From Ministeria vibrans ATCC 50519 (taxonomy: Eukaryota > Protista > Filasterea): a stretch of 52,932 nucleotides of DNA. The stretch is taken from contig CALSCP010002104.1 in assembly GCA_943704425.1 (NCBI GenBank), forward strand, positions 1 through 52,932. Reading direction: 5' to 3'. This document shows positions 10,901-24,400 of the stretch, piece after piece. Position 1 is the stretch's first letter. The number at the start of each line of letters is the position of its first letter. The notes beneath the pieces are model-generated. The model worked only from the letters and a program-made list of their open reading frames with translations, searched no databases and was not told where the DNA came from. The translations under genes were made by a program, and so were the position numbers.

Positions 10901-12119
10901 TCCTCAGGACTTTTGCCATACGTCTGGAATTTCCGGGCGTTTGTTACGAGAGACCACACTGTAAATGAGAGGATGCACTTGCATGCCTGCAAAGGGCCGC
11001 TGGCGGGTCCATAGCTGCCACATGGCAATGCCAAAGGCATAGACATCGGCGCGTGGCGAGATGCGCTCGCCACGGAACACCTCGGGCGCTGTAAACGCAG
11101 GCGTTCCTCCCGTCTTGTTGGTCACGCTCGTCGCATCAATGTTCATAATCTTCGACAAGCCAAAGTCGCCCACCTACGACACAGCAGCCATGATGATGTC
11201 CAGTTCAAATGTGTCCTTATTGGATACCTTGCACACATCGTCAGCGGACACCAAGACATTGCTTGGCTTGAGATCGCTGTGAATAATCTTGGCTGCGTGC
11301 AAACAATCCATTCCTTGAGCAATGTCAAGAGCGAAGCGTAGTAATCCTTTGAAGACAAACAACTTGGTGAGCGTATGTTCTCGCATGTTTTCGACACCCG
11401 TCTTCCACTCACTCGCTCTGTCGACCACTTCCGACTTGTCTTCAAGGATGGCGTCCAAGTCGCCCTTCTCCAGCAGCTCCACGACAATGCAGAGGGGGTG
11501 TGGCGGCAGACAGGCGCCGATGAGCTGAATGACGTTTCGATGCTGCAAATGGCTGTGTGTCGGAAAAAAGAACGCGTGAGAAACGCTCTTGGTGTGTCGC
11601 GACGGAGCGCGCCAGCGACACCAACGGCCTGGGCCAGGGGCGCACACGGGACGCAGTACTGACCTCATGACGGTGACTTCGGTGACAAAGTCCTCAATGG
11701 CCGACGACGACGCCGTCTCGGGCAGAAGCGTATTCTGCTGGATCGTTTTCATGGCCACCCGCTTCTCTGCGACTTTCGCCGCGTACACCACCCCAAATGA
11801 ACCGCGTCCCAGCTACTCAACGGTGAAGTTTCACAGTAGTTTTCGAGCAGAATGCGACAAAGTGAGTTTTTGTCGTGTTTTTTTTCTTTTCTTTTTTTTC
11901 AAAATATACCTCCTTTTCAATGAGGACGGCGGTATAGTCAATGATGAGGTGGGGAGGGATGTTGAGGGAGGCCAGGGTCAGCGGGGGTCTCTTCGACGGG
12001 CTGGGCTCCAGTCCGGTGATGGTGTCGTTCGAACTTCCATACAAACTGCCGCTCCCGCTGCTCTCGTACGACGGCGCCTCCAACGTGTCGCCCGCCCGTC
12101 CAGGCGCAACGTTACCCAT
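7941..12119 (-). CDS. Tyrosine-kinase-like (MLK/ZAK-like) Ser/Thr kinase with SAM domain, low-complexity linker and C-terminal helical region
   Basis: Spliced motifs LGRGSFGVVY, VAMK, HSDLKPSN, GDFGLSK, GTPAFTAPE, DVYAFG, CW...RPTF; SAM WTVEEVCLWL..IDGTILLTLDDDDL..LGRRRKF. Phase-compatible exons continue via KSF|ETLRK..RRW|ESRPK..H|EESK..KDG|ESAEL to the stop at 7941. Confidence 0.85.
8224..8690. repeat. Intronic composite minisatellite (about 40-nt module A plus about 36-nt module B)
   Basis: A=tacgaatggacaggcatcgatcaatcccaaccaagagag, B=agaatacgaaacacaaacaatgcttcacgataaaaat; order A-B-B, A-B-B, A-B, A-partial; lies within the last intron of the kinase gene. Confidence 0.9.
10719..10770. repeat. 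(AAAC)n microsatellite, intronic
   Basis: Direct reading of the sequence. Confidence 0.9.
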
Positions 12120-12298
12120 GACGATGGCAGATGGAGGGCGCGAATAAAAAACAACTTGACTGTTTCAGAGATTCACACTTCACAAAACACAGATCAACAG
12201 AGTGGTTCCGTGAGAACTTTTAATATTATCCCAGATCAACAACGCAACCTTTAAAAAAAACCATCGATTTTTTTTCCGTCAGTTCAGCCCACTGTCCA

Positions 12299-12406
12299 GT
12301 TGTGACTTGTGAGTCCGCCTGAGTCGTGACTTGTGACTTGTGACTTGTCAGTTTGTCACTCACTCGCCACTTCACACATGTGAGTTCAGGGTCGTCACTT
12401 GTGAGA
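12299..12406. promoter_or_regulatory. Cluster of TGTGAC/GTGAGT/GTCAC motifs upstream of the TKL-SAM kinase
   Basis: ttgtgac repeated in tandem, plus gtgagt and gtcact copies, in a short GC-richer island between AT-rich flanks. Confidence 0.4.
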
Positions 12407-12510
12407 ATATTTTATTATTGTTATTATTATTATTATTATAATAATTAAAAAAATTAATATAATAATTATTATTATCAGACTCTTTCGTATGTTAAAATCA
12501 AAACAATCTT

Positions 12511-13362
12511 TTACATTGTGAGCTCCATAATAGCCTCGACAATCTCGCCGTTGGCGTTCTTGAGGGCCTTAATGGCGGCGTCACGGTCGGCACCGGCCTG
12601 GTCCATGACAAGCTTGATGTCCTTGGCGGCGAAACCGTCCTGGTCAGCCCCCTCGGAGGCACCGGCAGCAGCGCCCTCAGCGTCGCTCGAGGCCGCAGCG
12701 TCAGTGGTAGCTGCTGACGACGAGGAAGCGAGCGCGTCTTCAAAGGCAGCGCTCGATGCGGGCGCACCACCAGCGGCAGCCTCCGCAGCGGCTCCCTGCA
12801 TCGATGCAAGGCTCTGCAAGTGCTGCGACGTCATCTTGTGCAACTCCTGTTGGCTGTCCTCGACGTTCACCTCGCCCACAACAACGTACGTGTCCGTGCC
12901 GGGGTTCTTCAACACAACCGGATCCGACACCACAAAGGTGATCTGTACAAATTTGATATTAGAAACTTATGATTTATGATAGAAAGAAAAAGGAAAGAAC
13001 CCCACAGGGACCACATCACACCACTAGATATGGACAGAGTGTATCCATACACACCAAAGAATCGTACGTTTTTGTTCTTCTTCATGCGCACTTCCTTGAC
13101 ACCCGAGATCTCCTCAAGACCGAGCTTGTCAAAGGCCTTGAGCGCCTTCTTCTCAGTCCGGCTCTTAGAGCCCTCCTCAGCGCCAGCGGTGGCGGGGGCA
13201 CCCTCCTCGGTGGTCTACACACACACAACCATCAATCACCCTCGCACTCGCCCACGCCCACGCCCATCAATCACTTACGGCCTCCTTGAGAGCGGGAAGG
13301 TCGTCATCGACATCCTCAACGGGGACCGCCTCGACTGGTGCTGCTGCGACTTCTGTTGCCAT
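12511..13362 (-). CDS. NACA: Nascent polypeptide-associated complex subunit alpha
   Basis: Exons 13362-13279, 13214-13068, 12942-12511; [52 protein letters not shown] (NAC domain); C-terminal [40 protein letters not shown]. Confidence 0.95.
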
Positions 13363-13534
13363 CTCGATCTAATCATCAAACAGAGTAAGCCAAAAATTAC
13401 GTTAAAAAAAAAAAAAAAAAAAAAAAAAGGAAAAAAAGAAGAAAAAAAATGCCAAGAGAGAGACGAAAAAAAGAAGGAAAGGGCGGGATTTGCAGTGGGG
13501 GTGGGGTTGGAGGGGACAGGCAAGGCAGGCGTAC

Positions 13535-13664
13535 CCTGCGAGAGCGACACAGTGCTGTCCTGTTGGTTAATGGCAAAGAGAGTCCCTTCATAGCGGATTT
13601 CAGCCTTGCTCGTCAGGCTGATGTGCGACCCGAAGTAGGGGACGCCGGCAGGAGCAGAAGCCAT
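13535..13664 (-). CDS. LSM14: Isolated first coding exon of LSM14/Scd6/RAP55 (N-terminal half of the Lsm domain); no further LSM14 exons recognised
   Basis: [43 protein letters not shown] matches the LSM14 signature PYIGSKISLISKxEIRYEGxL; ends in a phase-1 G|gtacgc donor. Confidence 0.8.
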
Positions 13665-13859
13665 CGTGTGAATGAAAAATGACGAAAAATAGTGAAAAAT
13701 AAAACAAAAAACAAACGAATTTGATCGGAAACGAACCGATTCACGTAATCAGTCGTGTCGTCATCGCTTCTCGAACACACACGAAGTAAAGGCTAGCTCG
13801 ACCTGGCGACCTCTCGTTTTTCGTTTTGACGCTTCTCAAATGACAAATCATCAATCAGG

Positions 13860-15762
13860 TTACAACTTTGACATGTTCCAAAAGCGCCCTGTCAGATCGC
13901 GCAATTTCTCCGGCTCCTCCGGCTCTTTCCGCTCCGCTCGGACGACAAAGTCGCGCACAGTCGCTCCCGTGTATATCTGTCGGGGTCGAGAAATGCTCAC
14001 CTTGCGCGTTCCAACCATCTCCAGCCAGTGTGCGACCCATCCGGTCGTGCGCGCCACAGCAAACAGCACGGTGAACATCGAGCGCGGAATCTTCAGTGCT
14101 TTGAACACAATCCCAGAGTAAAAATCTGAAACCAAGTTTCAATGTTAATCATTAGTGTTTGCGCTTATTTTGTGTGTCTGCGTGTTTGTGTTAGACTTGC
14201 CGACATTTGGGTATAACTTCCTCTTAATAAAATACTCATCACTCAGGGCAATACGCTCCAGTTCGCGCGCAATGTTCAAAAGTGGATCATCAGTCAACCC
14301 TATGCAGAGTTAAAATAGTTACACACGACAAATATGTGATTATGTTATTAGAGTACCGATTTGAGAGAGAACCGAATGAGCGACCTTTTGCATGATTTTG
14401 GCGCGAGGATCGCGGGACTTGTAGACGCGATGGCCAAAGCCCCACAGCCGGAAGGAAGACGTTCGCGACTTGGCAAGGGTTATATAGTGTGGAATTTGGT
14501 CCTGCAACACAAAATAATCGAAATAAATTGGTAATAATATTATTGAAAATATTCTTACCACTGTTCCAATTTCCTCCAGCATGTCCAACACTATGGGAAT
14601 CAGATGTGCACAGAGAGTGAGACAGAGTAAGGTAGAAACGGGGAGGGGCGAGTACCTTTTTCGTTTGCGCCACCATGTGAAGGACCCCAGAGAGACGCAA
14701 TGCCCGCTGCAATGCACGCAAAGGGGTTGGCGTCGGATGAGCCTGCAATGCGTACGGTGGACGTCGACGCATTCTGCCCGTGGTCTGCGACAAAAGAGGG
14801 AAGTAGACATCAGGGTTAGAATTATACAAGTTGCACTTGGGAGTGGTAGGGAAAGTGTTAGAATGAAAACTGGAGGTAGCCTTGAAGGATGGGCGTTCTC
14901 AAAATCAAACGGACTCTTTACCTAAGTGCGCAATGAAAATCTGATCGAGTGCCTTGGCAAACACCGGATTGACGTGGTACGGCGCACTCGGCACACTAAA
15001 CATCATGTGCAGAAAGTTCTCGCTGTACGAATAGTCGTTGCGTGGATACACAATGGGCATTCCGTTCGCAGTGCTAAAGACGTGTACAACGCACAACATG
15101 AAAACAACACATTCCAACTGCGTCCGTCTCTCACCGAAAGGCCATTGCAGCAATTGTAGGCATCTTCGCAATGAGCCGATAGGCACTCAGCTCGCGCTGT
15201 GTCTGCTGGTGGATGTCGAGCGAGTCGTGGTAGAAGGCCGAGAGCGCACCGACAACCCCCTGTGAGAGAGCAAACAGCGGCCCGTCAGTCAGTCAGCGAC
15301 TCACTCGGTCTCTGTCTCCCCTGTGCGTACACACATGATCGCCATGGGGTGCGCATCGCTCTTGAACCCCGAGAAGAAGCGTGTGAGCTGCTCGTGGACG
15401 AGCGTGTGCGACGTGATGTTGGCGCAGTGCCGTTCGTATTCGCGCTGTGACGGAAGCGACCCAAACAGCAGCAGAAAAGAGCTCTCGTAGAAATCTGACT
15501 GCTCCACCAGCTGCTCGATGGGGTAGCCGCGGTAGAGGAGACGTCCCTCCGCCCCGTCAATGAAGCTGATGGCGCTCTCGCACGACGCTGTCGCCGTGAA
15601 GCCCGGATCAAATGTGATCAGTTTCGATCGCAAAAACATCCCGCGAATGTCCACTGCCGCGCCCCCCAGCGTGCCTTTTACCAGCGGCAACGACCCAACC
15701 TCACGCTCGTCGCCCTGGCCATCCTCCCTGATCACAATACGACACTCTCCAACTTTCTGCAT
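13860..15762 (-). CDS. gltA: Citrate synthase, bacterial (type II-like) family, with peroxisomal PTS1
   Basis: Eight exons; motifs [97 protein letters not shown]; ends SKL. Confidence 0.95.
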
Positions 15763-15769
15763 GAATTAA

Positions 15770-18347
<2,578 letters not shown>

Positions 18348-18438
18348 AATTGACTCGTGCTCCACTTCGCCTCTTGACAATACACATACACTTTTCACGT
18401 TTACTACAAATAAGTTACTTTCTATCTCTCCCCCAGTC

Positions 18439-21400
18439 TCATGTACATGCAACGCGCAAAAGAGCAGCAAAAGGCCGGGCACTGGCAACGGGCCGGACTG
18501 CCGCTTCAATCCCAGGCGCGCCCGTGACGGAAATGCGCAGACGCGACGAGTCGGGACACCACACAATGTGACAATGCGTGCGACGCAACGCAATGGATTC
18601 GCTTGCACCGCCTTGCTCGCGCACAATGTGCAGTGTATGTCCCACCAGCACAAGCGCTCCGCTCGCAGCAACACGCTCACCCGTCTCTACCGAGTATAGC
18701 GCAACCTCAACCGCTGCACTCACGCCCGCTACATCGTCCCCCGCGAGCAACGGCCAGCCCACTCGCACAAGCACACTCGGCACACGCACCCCAAGGCCAC
18801 GTACACCCACCTCCTCACTACTAGCACTACTCCCCTCCATCGCTACCATGGTGCCTCGTCCCACCACATCCCCCAACCGCCGCGTCGCATCCGACAGCAT
18901 CATCATCGCACCCGCTGCCGGCCGTGAGAAAAGCCCGATCAGCCCACGCGCAGCTCCACCCGCCACTGCAGTTGCTCCTCCCCCTTGTCGATACGCCTCC
19001 ACGGGCGTCTCCACCAGCCCCGCCACACCCGACAGCACTCCCAGCCCCAACGTGCGCAACGGTGCGAGCAGTCCGTCTCCAACATCATCATCATCCTCCT
19101 CCTCCTCCTCCTCCTTCGCTCGTACTCCACCCTCTCCCTCTCCATCCCTCTCCTTCTTCTTCAAAGTGGTCTCGACAACTACACTGTCGCCCTCTTCCTC
19201 CTCAATCTCCGTCAATGGCGCCTCACTTGCACTCCCATTGCCACCACTGTTACTTCCACTCGTACTGCTCACCAGTGGCAAGAGTGGATCCGGATTGATC
19301 CCATTCAGATTCAACGCCAGTCCTTCGCCCACCGAAGACACACTCGACAGCGCTGCAAACGACATGCGTCGCGCCGCCGACGACAGACCCTGTGCCCACG
19401 GCAGCGACGTCACCTCCCGCATCGCCATCGACATTTCCCGCACGAGCACCGCTGGACGCCCCAGCAGTCCCAGACGGCCCAGCAGCGACGGCAGTGCCTT
19501 CATCGCATCGCGTGCACCTCGCGCCATAATCGCACCTGCCAGATCCCCGACGAGACACTGCACGCCACGGAATTGCATAGCACTCACACGCACAGGCGCC
19601 TCGCTGATGTTCACGTGCACCGGCGACTGGAGACTCAACGACAGCACCGTCACCACCGGTTCCAACACCGCATGATGCACCATCAACAGCACAGGGAACG
19701 GTCCCACGCTCGGTCGGCTCGCCTCCTGTCGCCACTGCCGCTGGTGATGAAGTCGACGCTGTCGTCCACCACTCCACTCGACAGCGTATACCTGCAAGAG
19801 ACGACCCAGCAACTCTCCAAGAGTGTTGGTCACGTCAAGCATAAGAGGCCGAGCTCGCACAGCGAGCTCCACCACTGCCGCACCACTCATCCGCAAACTC
19901 ACGTTGACAAGCGACGCAGACGCACTCTCCGCAACCCGCACAGGTACCTCCTCGGCACCCAACGGACCTCGAACCATCACCTGAAACCGTCCGGCTCCTT
20001 CACGGCACTCCACGCGCGCCCGTCTTACCTGCACACGCCCATCCACTCGCCGCCCGCCCGCCACCGTCATGCCCACCTGCACTCCATACACTCTGCCCAC
20101 CATCACATTGCTCCAGTGTGAGTCGGTCACCCCCACACACACTGACCCCACACTCAACTCAAAATGATACTTCCGCGAGGGAGACGCATCCCTCTCCACC
20201 TCGGGCTCTTTCCCTCCCAGCTCGTACAGCTCCAAAATGCGCACCCCATTCTCCTCGCGCACCCGCATATGAATCGCCGCCATGTCATGCACTCCACCCG
20301 GCACCAACACCCGTCGAACGTCTGCCACGTTCCGTCCTTTCTCCTCCTCCAACTCAGCCGTCGCACCTTCATTCACTCCTTCCTCCTCAGCATCGTACCC
20401 AAACGGCTCAGACCAACTGCAGTCGCGACGCGCACGCACACACACCGCCATTGGCCAGGCTCTCTTAAGTGTCCCATCACCATCCTCCCCATCGGTCCCT
20501 TCGTCACCGCCCCCGCCCCCCTCAGTCCCTCCTCCTCCTCCTCCTTCTCCTCCTCCTCCTCCACCACCACCTCTGCCACTCATCGGCTGGGAGTCTCGTC
20601 GCCCATCCCTCCCTTCCCCTCTGCCTGCTCCGCTGCCCCTGCCCCTGCCCACACCAGCGCCACCCACATCGCGCAGCTCAACAAACCCTTCGACGTGCGT
20701 GCGCCCGCCCATCCCATCAATCCAGACGGCACATTGTCGTCCACGCGGATTCATCAAGCGTCCCGCACCGTCATACACCAACACGCGCTCGCGCCAGCTC
20801 CGCTCCTCGTCTGTCATCTTTCCCTCGTCCGTGTCGCCACCCTCACCTCCCGCCGCTACCACCACGTCCACACGTCCCTGGTAGTCACGCCCGATCGCGG
20901 CCACCTGCAATGGCAACGTACACCAGTTGCGCACTTCATACAGGGGACACGGGTGCTCGCGCAGCGTCACACGCACCACCCCTGTTACCGCATCCGCGCG
21001 CGCCACCTCCACCAACACCGCCCATGCTGCACCAGCACGCCGCACAAGCGGCATCATCACGCGTCCGGGTGCCATGCGCATGTCCACAGCGGCACGTCGG
21101 TCGCCGTTCGTGATGTGCTGCACATGCAACATGGGCCGTGTTAGAAACACTCGTTCCCCCGCACCCACAGTGCGCCACTCGCCGGCCCCACCTCCCCCTT
21201 CGCCAATCTTTAATGCCTCCCGACACCCATTGGTCACTTGAAAGCGACACCGAATCGTCAGACGTGGCACACAACACGACACAGCATCGGCACAGCTCAC
21301 AGACGATCGTAAGGCCAGCGCACGCATCCGCTTCGTCTGGTTCGTGCCCGCAGACATCAACTTGACACGTCCCTGATGCTCCACCGCACTCACAACTATA

Positions 21401-24400
21401 CGCGCCAGTGTCCGCTCCGTGCCGCTCGCCGTCACCTGTGCACTCAGCACACTCACATCTTCATTCCCTCCATTGTTGTGGTCATCCCATGCGACCATAT
21501 ACTCATCTCCATCCCCGACGACACACATGGCAGGTGGCACCAGCGGCACCAAGCTCACTTCAGTCACACGCCGACCATCACTGTTGTCTCCACTAGCGCC
21601 TCCTCCTACTCCTACTCCCCCACCACTACCAACGCCCCCTCCACCAATACCACTACCACCCCCTCCGCCCACTCTACCACCACCTTGGCGTCGACGTGGC
21701 ACACGCGGCAGCAGTGACCACGTCGAGAGGCGTCCTTCCACCTCGAGTTGCATTTGAGCCTGGCGTCGTTCGCTGTGCATTCGCCGTTGCGGGTACGCGT
21801 GTCCTGCGGCAAGCGCCGTTTCGCCCGCGTTGCTCTCACAACGCCACCGAAACACCAGTGGCGTCCCAGCATCGTTGCACACAACGGCCGCCGAGCGCAC
21901 ATGCAATGCGGCACCACACACGCCACGCACCACACACACTTGCAAGGGCACCCCGTCAGGCATGTGGACATTGACAACAGTGCCACCTGCGGGCGACGAC
22001 GGCATCGACACGGCAACATGCTCGTCGACTGCATATGCCCAGGCGAGCTCGAGGGTGCACGGCGCACCACTGGCGGTGCTCAGTCGTGGAACCACGTACC
22101 CTCCGTTGCTGCCACATAGCTCCGACGCTCCGCCGACTGATGTACCAGTCGCCTCGCGCACACGCAGGAGCAACGCTTGCTCTGTGTGATTGAACACCAT
22201 CAAAGGTGGAGCAATGTGCGCGAGATACATTCGCGCGCGTCCGAGTCGCGTGCCCATGCGCACCGGCATGGGTTCACGCACACCGTCTACCACCTGATAG
22301 TGTATCATCTGCACTGCGTACACCAGCCAGTCCGAGCCGCCACTCAGCACAGTCACTGGCTCCATCACACGCCGTTCGTCGACGGGGAACAATGGCACGG
22401 CAATCGTCGTGTCGGCGGCGGACAGTGCACTCAGCGACATTTTTGTGCCCTGCAACACCAACAGCGACTCGCTCAGCGACCGTGCCGGCACTACCGTCTC
22501 GTGGCCATCCTCAAGACGCACACGCACCGCCACGGCACAAGCATTGTGTACCATATGTGCTCCTGAAAACACCACACGACCTCCGTCAAGTGACACAAGA
22601 AGCGGGCCAACGGCAGAGACCACGCCACGCCGTACGTGTGCCAATGGACCCACATCGAATGCCGCCGAAAACCCACCGTCAACGCCACGACACGTCTCGC
22701 TGGGCATGCCAATAAATCGCACCTGCAACAGTCGTCGCGCCTCAACGCCCGTCATGGTTGCCGACAACAGCTGCCCGTTCCACTGCAGGCGTGCGTAGTG
22801 TCGCGGTGGCACCACCAGCGCCGTCGCAGGCGCACTGCCCCACTGCTTCACCTCGATTGGCACGTGAGTGTCGTTGCACACCATCTGATAGACATGTCCC
22901 CCACACAGCACCAGTGACGACGTTGACGACAATTGCTCTTCGTGTTCTCTTTGCAGTGTCGCTTGCCACAGCGCCACAGAACGACTGACAAGACGCACCA
23001 GTGTCGGCGACACAATGATCGCAGAGGGTGCCGCAAGCACTGCGCAGGCGAGCGTGTCACGACCACCACCACCAAACAGTGCCATTTCCATCGCTGCTGG
23101 TCCCGCAATGCGCACTTCACAGCCATCGGCATAGTCCACACAGCTCGCATTGAGTGTTCCCGTCAAACGCGTCTGCCAGCCCGAACGAGCACTTGAACTC
23201 GCGGACGCAACCACAGACGTCGCACGCACAATAAGCCAGCTCTGATGGGCACAAACGGACTGAGGAACCAGGGTGAGCGTGTCGGCATCGCCTGTCGCGT
23301 GCTCGCTCTGCTCATAGTGGTCACTGAGCGTCACACTCGCTTGCTCCACACTCACCACAACGGATGCGGTGCTCGAAGGTCCGCCTGCACGTTCACTGTG
23401 CATGTCAAGGCACCCCAATAGTGTCATGCCCGCAAGAAGTTTATGAGCGCTGCTGCTGCTGCTGCTTGGACTCGTGGTAATGTCGTTGCGCATCGTCTCG
23501 GACCACACAGTCTCGCCAGGCATGCGCGGCCACAGGTCCACTAGCGAGGGCTGTGACGTTGAGAGTAGTTCATCGACGGGCGGAAGTACACGCACACGCC
23601 AAAGTGTGCCGGCCAGACGTGCAGGGTTCTCAATGGCGTACTCACGCTCCGTGTCCGAGAGCACCAGAAACCGCTGGACAGGCACAAATGCAAGTAGCGT
23701 CTCGCTCCAGCACTGCAGCTCACATGCACACGAGGGCGCATCCATGGGAGCAGGCACACAGCGAATCCACGTCACGCGACGTGTCTCGGCGTAGCGCCAC
23801 GTAAGCGAGCCGGGCGCTGTCATGACTTGCTGAGTGGCGGGCAGACAACAAGCCGAGTCGCCTTCGACAAAGACAAAGTCTTCGCCGCGAATGTCACCGG
23901 GTCCCAGTGTAACACTTGCACCATCCGCACCACCTATGGTCATCATGGGCGATGGAGGCGGCGCCTCGTCAGACGATGCAAGAGACACAGCATGAGCAGC
24001 TGTAGAAGTGGTCGAGGCTGTTGTCGACGACGAGGACGACGACGACCAGTCGGAGGCGCAGGCGAGCAACGCTAGCACCGAGCGTTGTTCAATGTGCAGG
24101 CCTAAATCAAGCACCTTGATTCGCGCGCGCGTGCGTCCAAAGCCCATGGAGCCACGCAACGAGAGGTCGGTGGGCGCAAGCAAGAAGGGCACTTGCGTGT
24201 CGTGTGTGGTAGCGCGACGGCCCGCTCGCACCGCACAGTCGTGCGCACTCACTGAAAAGAGCTCGACCAACTCAACGCCGTCTTCATCAAGCTGGAGCGA
24301 ACCCACCGAGGTTGAGGCGGGCGCCGATATGCGCATGCCACCGTCCACGACACAGGCCACGGTCCAGGCGAGATCCGACGAGTGCACCGCCATGGATAGT

